64,000 bases of DNA, taken from contig JAWBZG010000001.1 in the NCBI GenBank assembly GCA_038866525.1, positions 1,285-65,284 on the forward strand. The letters are read 5' to 3'. Both the position numbers and the translations under genes were made by a program. Every line of letters starts with the position of its first letter. The first letter of the stretch is position 1. The stretch is from Candidatus Bathyarchaeia archaeon. Its GTDB lineage: Archaea > Thermoproteota > Bathyarchaeia > Bathyarchaeales > DTEX01. Of this stretch, positions 56,268 through 63,740 are shown in pieces. The notes under the pieces are model-generated. The model did no database searches. It was given only the letters and a program-made list of their open reading frames with translations, and was not told where the DNA came from.

Positions 56268-57221
56268 CTATCCATTGGGTGTCGCAGAAATTAACGCAGC
56301 TATCATGAGCGGGAGTATTACTGTTGCATCCCCCTCAATAGTTACATGCTTCGCTGTCTCCTTAACTTTTCCCCATGAGATTGCTTCACGGACTCTTGCC
56401 CCAGAGAGACTGCCGTCCCATTCAACGGCTGTCGTTATATAGACCGCGTAGTCTAAACCACCTTTAAATTGGTTCCACCATATTACATGGTGCTTCGAAA
56501 TACCGCCGCCAACTATTAGGGCTCCGGTGCGTTTAGCGCTAAATATTAAATCGTTTATTTCCTGCTCATCTTTGAGGACATCTACTTTAAATTTATGGTC
56601 TTGTGAGAACAACCATATCTGGTAGCCGACAGCTCCATCAGTTATGCCTGGAATATAGACGGGTATATTGTTTTTGGCAGCCCAATAAAGCAACGAATCT
56701 TCATTGCAAAGTCTTAGACCTATCTCTCGGCTAAGCTCACGGGTTGAAATTTCCCTTACCCCTTCACTCCAGAGAGCTGTTAGGAGATTACGCATTTTTT
56801 CCTCTATGATTAACCCGTAGCTTTCATTCGGGATTAATATGTTCCCAAGGCGGTTTATGCCTCTCTTATGGAGCTTCTTATCGTCTAAATCGAATGATCC
56901 ACGATAATAGTTTTTCCAGCATCTAGCCAAGTCATGGTCCAGAGTACCGCATGTTGTCACGATGACATCTATCAAACGGCGTTTAACCATTTCCCTTATA
57001 ACTCCTCTGGTTCCAGTGGCCACTATACATGCTGGAAAAGAGAGAAATTTTACACATTCTTTATCAGCGATCATCCTCTTAAGAATATCTACACCCCTAG
57101 CGATCTTCCCGGCGGTAAACCCCCACGCCTCACCCATCTGCTCAACGAGCTCACTAACGCTCATACCCTCACGGAGACTATAATCTTTAACTATTCCAAG
57201 CCTACTAATCATGGCGTCCAC
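56268..57221 (-). CDS. dys: Deoxyhypusine synthase
   Basis: FPACIVATGTRGVIREMVKRRLIDVIVTTCGTLDHD, PGITDGAVG, GGGISKHH and EAISWGK. GTG at 57221, or alternatively ATG at 57212. Confidence 0.9.
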   Translation of the reverse strand: MDAMISRLGIVKDYSLREGMSVSELVEQMGEAWGFTAGKIARGVDILKRMIADKECVKFLSFPACIVATGTRGVIREMVKRRLIDVIVTTCGTLDHDLARCWKNYYRGSFDLDDKKLHKRGINRLGNILIPNESYGLIIEEKMRNLLTALWSEGVREISTRELSREIGLRLCNEDSLLYWAAKNNIPVYIPGITDGAVGYQIWLFSQDHKFKVDVLKDEQEINDLIFSAKRTGALIVGGGISKHHVIWWNQFKGGLDYAVYITTAVEWDGSLSGARVREAISWGKVKETAKHVTIEGDATVILPLMIAALISATPNG

Positions 57222-57270
57222 TCCACAAAGGATAAGTGAAGCCCATAAAATATATCATTTTACATACTCT

Positions 57271-57441
57271 AAGGGTTCTGAGTTAAGTAATAGTATTTTA
57301 TCGTCTCTACTTAACCCTTCCCCCTCGATTATTTCGTTGGGGGCTCTTTGGGGGAACCCTTCTCCCCGCATCTGAAGGTTTAATATCCTGCCCAGATAGG
57401 AAGCTATGCTTCCTGAACAGAGCAGGACAGACAGGGCAGGG
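57271..57441. ncRNA. Candidate structured RNA (series of GC-rich hairpins); identity and strand unknown
   Basis: Five stems in series. (1) AAGGG/TTAAGTA at 57271-57289 pairs with TACTTAACCCTT at 57308-57319. (2) CCCCC 57320-24 pairs with GGGGG 57339-43. (3) GGGGA 57351-55 pairs with TCCCC 57363-67. (4) CCTGCCC 57387-93 pairs with GGGCAGG 57434-40. (5) Stem 4 encloses AGGAAGC-TAT-GCTTCCT at 57398-57414. Confidence 0.3.
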
Positions 57442-57544
57442 CATCATTGAGAACAAAGTAATCAACCTCCATTTAAACCTATCTGCCCCGAAACTGCTGA
57501 CTACAGCGCACTTAAATGTTTGAGCCATCTTTAGGGTTAAACTG

Positions 57545-58447
57545 CTACTTCTCTTCTAAGCCTTTAAGGAAGTTTAATACACATTGTGGGAAGTCTCTTC
57601 CATAGCCGCCCTCTAGAACTGCAAAAACCCTCCTATTCAATTTCGCTATCATACGCCCTATAATCATATATGAGTTTGTGCTCAATCCTAAACCGCAAAT
57701 TGGATCAAACATATGCGTATCAAATCCAGCCGAGACAGCTATTAGCTCCGGATTAAACTCCTCTATCTCATGCAGGGCGGCGCTTAAAACCCTGATGTAC
57801 TCTCCGTCGCCGACAGGATGCGGGAAAGGATAGTTGAGGCAATTCTCTACGGATTTATCTCCGGTTCCGGGGTAAACACTACCATACCTATGGAGGGAGA
57901 CGAAAAGAACCCGCCAATCCCTAAAGAATATCTCTTGAGTGCCGTTACCGTGATGACAATCTACATCTAATATAGCTATTCTTTTAACCTTCCCCATGTT
58001 CAGAGCCTTCCTGCACGCAATAGCAATATTATTAAAGTAACAGAACCCTAAAGTTGGGGCGCCCAAGGCTCTTCCATTAATGCCAGCATGATGGCCGGGC
58101 GGCCTCATAAGTGAGAAGGCTGCTTCACCATTTAGGGAAATCTCCATGCTCTTTATTGCAGCGCCAGCAGCAAGCCTAGCGTACTCGTATATTCCGGGAA
58201 GATTTGGTGTGTCAGGGTCGTAAAATTCTCCGCTCTTAATCCTATTAACGTGCTCTTCACTATGAACCATTAAAAGGTCATCTTCAGAGCAAGGTTCAGC
58301 CTCAACGAACTTAAATCCCTCTTTCCTGAGCAGCATGTATGCGCTAAGAACTCTATCCGGGGACTCAGGGTGCCCAGGTTCAAAGTACTCTAAACATCTC
58401 TCTGAGAAAACTACGTACAATTTGCAGATTCCACCTCCAGTAAACAT
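57545..58447 (-). CDS. Histone deacetylase-family amidohydrolase (AcuC / acetylpolyamine deacetylase type)
   Basis: RPPGHHA, DVDCHHGNGTQ, GFDTH and EGGY. Confidence 0.85.
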   Translation of the reverse strand: MFTGGGICKLYVVFSERCLEYFEPGHPESPDRVLSAYMLLRKEGFKFVEAEPCSEDDLLMVHSEEHVNRIKSGEFYDPDTPNLPGIYEYARLAAGAAIKSMEISLNGEAAFSLMRPPGHHAGINGRALGAPTLGFCYFNNIAIACRKALNMGKVKRIAILDVDCHHGNGTQEIFFRDWRVLFVSLHRYGSVYPGTGDKSVENCLNYPFPHPVGDGEYIRVLSAALHEIEEFNPELIAVSAGFDTHMFDPICGLGLSTNSYMIIGRMIAKLNRRVFAVLEGGYGRDFPQCVLNFLKGLEEK

Positions 58448-58619
58448 TCTTAAGTATCGCCTTCACTGGGGCTCCTCATATTCCCATCAAATCCCGCAAA
58501 ACCGTAATATATTATCTATCTATAAACATAGAGTGCTGAAAGCAATATTTAATGGTTTAGAAAGCGATTTCCGGAAGTCATCCATGCAATGGAATATTCG
58601 GCGATGTAGACCCTGCAGG

Positions 58620-59033
58620 AACGCCCATTTGTTGGGTTTTCTATCGTGGGTTAAAGAACATTATCCGCCATTTATCCACGTTAGCCGCTCAGTAAGGGAG
58701 AGGATGCGGTATGGTAGGGAGATGAATAGAAGGCTCCACAGCATACCATTCAGAAAAATTCAGTTTTACACCTCCTATAAGTCGATGGAGCTGGGCTTTA
58801 AGCCGGAAACCGTTAAAGCGGAAAACACCTCCAGGGCATGCCCGATATGTGGCGAGCTGAATAAGCCGAATGGGCATATCTTCAAATGTAGAAAGTGCGG
58901 CTTCCAAGCAGATAGACACTTTATCGCTGCATGGAACATAGCCATGAAACATCCAATGTGGGGTGCTTTACCGTTGCCCCCGAAAGCCACCGATGAATTT
59001 AAAGAGGTGGAACGGATAGTTATAAAAAGCTAA
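58620..59033 (+). pseudogene. tnpB: Truncated, degenerate TnpB (IS200/IS605-family OrfB) C-terminal remnant
   Basis: REMNRRLHSIPFRKIQFYTSYKSMELGFKPETVKAENTSRACPICGELNKPNGHIFKCRKCGFQADRHFIAAWNIA matches the TnpB RuvC-II/zinc-finger/RuvC-III tail, but the N-terminal two thirds are missing. The expected acidic residues appear substituted: IHVSRS where xxxEDL is usual, and DRHF where DRDxN is usual. Confidence 0.5.
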
Positions 59034-59089
59034 CTATCCGACAACGGTAAAGAATATATCGCATAAACGTAAAATTTGATGGCGAAATT

Positions 59090-60100
59090 ATGAATGTGTC
59101 AAGAGATATGGAGAGAGTTAGGGTTTCAATAGGGTCAGCGATAATTTTAGGTTTAGCTAAGGGTGTTGTTAGCGCCGAACCCACAACAGCGTACCTACTC
59201 ACATATAGGGAGGGGCGATGCTCAGCCAACTGCGCCTTCTGCCCGCAGGCTAGGGATAGCACATCAAGAGCAGATATGCTGTCGAGGGTCATATGGCCGG
59301 ATTTCAGGGTTAACGATGTTGTGGATGGCATTAGAAGAGCTGTGGAAAATGGTAAGATAAAGCGGGTCTGTATTCAAGCACTCAATTACGCTGGCGTTCA
59401 AAGCGACCTAAAAAAGTTGGTCTCCAGGATAAGGTCCGCCTGCAAGGTTCCAATATCTATCTCATGCCAGCCGCTCACCTTAGAAGACATGATTATGCTA
59501 CTTGACGCTGGCGTTGAGAGAATAAGCATATCGCTAGATGCCGTCACAGAAGAGATCTTCTCCAGGATTAAGGGGGAGATAGCTGGCGGCCCATACGGCT
59601 GGAAAACTCATCTTAATGCTCTTAAGGATGCCGTCAGGGTTTTTGGAAGGGGCAGGGTTACGACACACCTAATAGCTGGCTTAGGTGAAAGTGAAGAGGA
59701 ATTTATTTCTATGATGCAGAGGTGCGTTGATGAGGGGATTTTCCCAGCCCTCTTCGCATTCACACCTATACAGGGCACGAGGATGGCTAATCATCCAAGA
59801 CCTCCAATAACATATTATCGCAAACTTCAGATAGCACATTACTTAATAACACGCGGTATAAGACGCTACGAAGACATGAGTTTCGCGGACGGGAAACTTG
59901 TCAGCTTCGGTTTGCCCAACGAAGATTTGAGGGAGATAATTTTAACTGGTGAGCCTTTTAAAACCAGCGGATGCCCAGGCTGCAATAGGCCCTATTACAA
60001 TGAGGACCCTAGGGGACCGATATATAATTACCCAAGAAACCTGGATGCTAAAGATTTAGCGTCTGTGCTGAGGGAGATTGATTTAGCGCTCAGCCAGTAA
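59090..60100 (+). CDS. Radical SAM protein, biotin-synthase-related (candidate archaeal lipoyl synthase component)
   Basis: REGRCSANCAFCPQ (CxxxCxxC), RADMLSRVIWP, and a C-terminal CPGCNRPYYN. Confidence 0.7.
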   Translation: MNVSRDMERVRVSIGSAIILGLAKGVVSAEPTTAYLLTYREGRCSANCAFCPQARDSTSRADMLSRVIWPDFRVNDVVDGIRRAVENGKIKRVCIQALNYAGVQSDLKKLVSRIRSACKVPISISCQPLTLEDMIMLLDAGVERISISLDAVTEEIFSRIKGEIAGGPYGWKTHLNALKDAVRVFGRGRVTTHLIAGLGESEEEFISMMQRCVDEGIFPALFAFTPIQGTRMANHPRPPITYYRKLQIAHYLITRGIRRYEDMSFADGKLVSFGLPNEDLREIILTGEPFKTSGCPGCNRPYYNEDPRGPIYNYPRNLDAKDLASVLREIDLALSQ

Positions 60101-60160
60101 ATGTTTATTCTAACTGGGATAAAGGTTTATTTCTAGATCTCCAAAATTAGATTTCCGTGG

Positions 60161-60736
60161 TTGTTGGAAATGAGCCCGATAATTAAGAGCGAAGAAGGAG
60201 AGAGGGAGGCGCTCATAGAGGCTGCGAGGCTCATGCAGGTTGCCGCTAGAACCGCTCCAAAGACCAAGGGGGTCGATGACATTTTAACGTTGATAGTTTA
60301 TGGTTCTGAGAAGAATGCGATAGCGGAGAAGATGAGGGAGATGGCGAGTGAGATGGGTATAAGCCTATTTGAGCGCGATTCCATATGTGTAGAGAACTCT
60401 GAAGCAGTCCTCCTCATAGGCGTCAGAGGGAATAATGCTATTGGCTTAAATTGCGGCGCATGCGGCAGCAGAGACTGCAAGGAGTTCGAGGAGAAAGAGA
60501 AGAGAATGGGTCGTGTCTTTTTAGGCCCAACATGCATATTTAAGGCGTTAGACTTAGGCATAGCCCTCGGCTCAGCTGTCAAAATCGCCAGTCTCCTTAA
60601 CGTTGATAACAGGATAATGTATCATGTGGGCGCGGCTGCCATGAGGATGAATCTAATGCCGGAAGCAACGATAATTCTAGGAATACCGTTATCGTCTAGG
60701 GGTAAGAACATATATTTTGACAGAAGATGGCCCTGA
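60161..60736 (+). CDS. DUF2148-type ferredoxin-domain protein
   Basis: AARTAPKTKGVDD and LNCGACGSRDCKEF fit the DUF2148/COG4739 pattern. Confidence 0.6.
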   Translation: MLEMSPIIKSEEGEREALIEAARLMQVAARTAPKTKGVDDILTLIVYGSEKNAIAEKMREMASEMGISLFERDSICVENSEAVLLIGVRGNNAIGLNCGACGSRDCKEFEEKEKRMGRVFLGPTCIFKALDLGIALGSAVKIASLLNVDNRIMYHVGAAAMRMNLMPEATIILGIPLSSRGKNIYFDRRWP

Positions 60737-60900
60737 AACGCGTCCCCAAAAAATCTATAACCTCGCTAAGGCTTAACAATCTAATTTTTTATCTTTTATA
60801 AGACTGAATCTATACTTGGCTATGAAACAGAGCCATAGCTCCGAAAAGCCAACCTTTTAGGAAGACACCTCACTTTCTAGTTGGCGTTATCCGCTGAAGA

Positions 60901-61197
60901 GCCCATAAGTCCACAGTTTTGGATGGAAAGAGTATCCAAGCTTTTGGCGAAAATTGCTTCGCCAAAAGCCCTTACATTCTAATGGATGAAAAAGATGCCT
61001 TTCCCCCAGCCTAATTATGCGGATTGAAAGGTTTAAGTTCTGAAGCCAAATATAAGCGTGGCGTGAGCGACCCGGCACCGGAATTCTACTTCCAAGCCCA
61101 TTTAGATCCCTTCAAGAACATAGACGCAACTTTATCCGTTAAAGGATGGCTAACGGAAAGCATCATCAAACACTGAGGTTAAAGTAGACTTATGGGC
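60901..61197. other. About 297-bp noncoding element bounded by a 14-nt imperfect inverted repeat (structured RNA or MITE-like relic)
   Basis: GCCCATAAGTCCAC at 60901-60914 versus GTAGACTTATGGGC at 61184-61197 (13 of 14 complementary). Internal hairpins at 60940-60969, CCTTTC/GAAAGG (about 61007-61040) and CCGTTA/TAACGG (61135-61155). Confidence 0.3.
60940..60969. repeat. Perfect 12-bp inverted repeat (hairpin)
   Basis: GCTTTTGGCGAA (60940-60951), a 6-nt loop, then TTCGCCAAAAGC (60958-60969). Confidence 0.9.
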
Positions 61198-61304
61198 GGC
61201 ATATGGAGAGTTAAAGACCCCTTCTCCTGTTATATAAATGATGGTTCGTTAGGTGTGGATAATAGAGATCGTGATGATAAATGGATACAAAAGCATCTAC
61301 ATAT

Positions 61305-63740
61305 TTATCTCCTCTTGCTTAGCATACGCTCAAGGTGTGGACGTAGCCTCTCATTTTCCTGAAGTATCCTCTCGCGGCCAATCTCTTTTAATTTAGCCGC
61401 CATCTCCCGTATTATTTGAGCAAACTTTACTCCCTCAGCCGCAGACACGTATTCAACCCTGAACCTGTCAGGCGTTAGTCCTAGTTTTTCTAGGGCTTTG
61501 GCTAAAGCATCCATTCTAACCTTCATCTTTAAGTTTCCGTCGATATAGTGACAGTCGTATGGGTGGCAAGCGCCTATGAGAACCATCCCAGCGCCTTTCC
61601 TAAAGGCGTGGAGTACGAAGTCTCTGTCAACGCGTCCAGAGCACATAACCCTAACAATCCTAATGTTTGGAGGATATTCGAAGCGGCTTGTTCCAGCGAG
61701 ATCCGCGCCAGCGTAAGCGCACCAGTTACAGCAAATTCCAAGGATCTTGTCTTCAGGATTGACCTCTAGGGCAGCGTCTATCTGCGCATATATTTGCGCG
61801 TCTGTGAAGTGCATCTGCGTTATTGCGTCCGCCGGGCATTCAGCGACGCATGTCCCGCACCCATGGCACATGGCCGGCGTAACCTCGGCCGGCTTCCCCG
61901 GCTCAGCTTTTATAGCGCCGTAGGGGCACTTCATCGCGCATATACCGCACTTAACCTTAGTATTCCTGCATTTCTCCGGATCAATAACCGATACTATTGG
62001 ATCGATTGTGACCGATGGCTTAGATAATATTGTCGCAGCCCTAGCAGCAGCCCCGCATCCCTGAGCAACACTATATGGGATATCTTTCGGCCCTTGACAT
62101 GCGCCAGCTAAGAATATTCCGTCAACAGGCGTGTCTAGGGGTTTAAGCTTTGGATGGCTTTCTAAGAAGAATCCGTCTGCCCCCCTTGATATGTTTAAGA
62201 GGCGTGCGATCTCATCTGAACCTTTGCTTGGTATTGCTGCTGTTGCGAGAACGACCATCTCCGCCTCTAGCTCTATTGGTTCTCCGAGCAATGTGTCTTC
62301 AGCGTATATTATAAGGTTCTTTGTTTTCGGGTCCTCCACTATTCTCGAAACTCTTCCCCTAATGAAGTTTACACCCATCTCCCTAGCCCTTTGATAGAAC
62401 TCCTCGTATCCTTTAAAGTGGCTGCGCATATCCATATAGAACACGTATACTTCCACATCGTCCCCGTAATGCTCCTTAAGTTGAATAGTATGTTTAAGCG
62501 TATACATGCAGCAGAAGTTTGAGCAGTATGGATATTTATTAACATCCCTTGAGCCAACGCATTGTATAAATGCGACAACCTTTGGTCTCTTACCGTCAGA
62601 TGTTCTAATGACATGCCCGCCCGTCGGCCCAGCTGCCAATATTAATCTTTCAAATTCTAAGCTAGTTATGACGTTAGCGTACTTGCCGTAACCATATAGA
62701 TTGCCCTCTTCCGGCAGATAAATATCATATCCAGTTGCAACAATTATGGCGCCAACTTTAAGCTCAATCTCCTCAGGCTTCTGATCAAAATTTATCGCTT
62801 GGCGTGGGCCACAAGCATCAACACATTTGTAGCATTCGATACAATAGTCCCTGTTTATCCTGTAAACAAGCGGAACAGCTTGCGGAAATGGGACAGATAT
62901 GGCCTTCCTAACGCCCAAGTTCATGTCCCAATCATTCGGATACTCTATTGGGCATACCGCTGAACATTCACCGCAGCCAGTACATTTGTCCTCTAAAACG
63001 TATCGCGGGTTCTTTCTAATAACGACCCTGAAATTGCCTATGTAGCCCTCAACTTTCACCAGATCAGCGAAAGAAATTATTTCAATATTCGGGTGGCGGG
63101 CAACATCAACCATCTTTGGCCCCTCAATACAGATGGAGCAGTCTAGCGTTGGAAAAGTCTTGTCTAGTTGAGCCATATGTCCGCCTATACTCTCTTTCTT
63201 CTCAAGTAAGTAGACTTTGAAGCCCATCTCAGCTAAGTCTAGGGCTGCATTTATGCCAGCTATTCCTCCGCCTATCACTAGGGCTGTTGGTGTCACAGGA
63301 ACTTTTATAGGTTCTAAGGGTTGTAGGAGCCTTGCTTTTGCAACAGCCATCTTAATTAATTCCTTAGCTTTCTCAGTAGCCTCCTTAGGATGGCTCGGAT
63401 GAGCCCATGAGCAATGCTCCCTAATATTCGCCATCTCTAAGAGGTAGGAGTTTAAGCCAGCCTCAGCAACGCATCTGCGGAATGTGAACTCATGCATTCT
63501 TGGCGAGCATGCTGCAACGACGACACGATTAAGGTTGTGCTCCTTTATCGCCTTCCTAATCTCCTCTTGACCCGGATCTGAACACGTATATCTGTTATCT
63601 ACGGCGAAGACAACATTTGGTAGCGTGCGCGCGTATTCAACAACATCTTTAACATCGACTACGCCAGCTATGTTTAATCCACAGTGGCAGACAAAAACTC
63701 CTATCCTTACATCTCCGGGTTTAGATTGTTCAGCACTCAT
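61305..63740 (-). CDS. hdrA: Heterodisulfide reductase subunit A fused to an MvhD-like domain
   Basis: N-terminal IGVFVCHCGLNIAG, FAD motif VIGGGIAGINAALD, several CxxCxxCxxxCP clusters, and a C-terminal MvhD signature ILGICCNWCAYAGADLAG...VRVMCSGRV. Confidence 0.9.
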   Translation of the reverse strand: MSAEQSKPGDVRIGVFVCHCGLNIAGVVDVKDVVEYARTLPNVVFAVDNRYTCSDPGQEEIRKAIKEHNLNRVVVAACSPRMHEFTFRRCVAEAGLNSYLLEMANIREHCSWAHPSHPKEATEKAKELIKMAVAKARLLQPLEPIKVPVTPTALVIGGGIAGINAALDLAEMGFKVYLLEKKESIGGHMAQLDKTFPTLDCSICIEGPKMVDVARHPNIEIISFADLVKVEGYIGNFRVVIRKNPRYVLEDKCTGCGECSAVCPIEYPNDWDMNLGVRKAISVPFPQAVPLVYRINRDYCIECYKCVDACGPRQAINFDQKPEEIELKVGAIIVATGYDIYLPEEGNLYGYGKYANVITSLEFERLILAAGPTGGHVIRTSDGKRPKVVAFIQCVGSRDVNKYPYCSNFCCMYTLKHTIQLKEHYGDDVEVYVFYMDMRSHFKGYEEFYQRAREMGVNFIRGRVSRIVEDPKTKNLIIYAEDTLLGEPIELEAEMVVLATAAIPSKGSDEIARLLNISRGADGFFLESHPKLKPLDTPVDGIFLAGACQGPKDIPYSVAQGCGAAARAATILSKPSVTIDPIVSVIDPEKCRNTKVKCGICAMKCPYGAIKAEPGKPAEVTPAMCHGCGTCVAECPADAITQMHFTDAQIYAQIDAALEVNPEDKILGICCNWCAYAGADLAGTSRFEYPPNIRIVRVMCSGRVDRDFVLHAFRKGAGMVLIGACHPYDCHYIDGNLKMKVRMDALAKALEKLGLTPDRFRVEYVSAAEGVKFAQIIREMAAKLKEIGRERILQENERLRPHLERMLSKRR

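Noticed and set aside
57307-57528. A 73-aa ORF (minus strand) in the dys/HDAC spacer.
   Set aside because: The sequence (…CPVCPALFRKHSFLSGQDIKPSDAGRRVPPKSPQRNNRGGRVK) looks like a by-product of translating GC-rich hairpins. No RBS or family is recognisable. The region is reported as a candidate RNA instead.
58335-58619. The N-terminal 95 codons of the 232-aa ORF that contains the TnpB tail.
   Set aside because: This part runs antisense through the 5' end of the HDAC-like gene and its promoter, and it shows no TnpB similarity. Only the distal part is interpreted, as a pseudogene remnant.
60887-61078. A 63-aa ORF (minus strand) in the spacer downstream of hdrA.
   Set aside because: It runs through a perfect 12-bp hairpin and has an implausible composition. 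The region is treated as non-coding.
60901-61197. Identification of the inverted-repeat-bounded element as RNase P RNA or SRP RNA.
   Set aside because: The size and terminal pairing were suggestive. However, I could not find the universally conserved P4 sequences (GAGGAAAGUCC / ACAGAA-type) or the SRP helix-8 GNAR-loop/AGCA motif on either strand.
61305-63740. A possible selenocysteine or recoding site in HdrA.
   Set aside because: The ORF is uninterrupted and carries Cys at the expected positions. No in-frame TGA is present.
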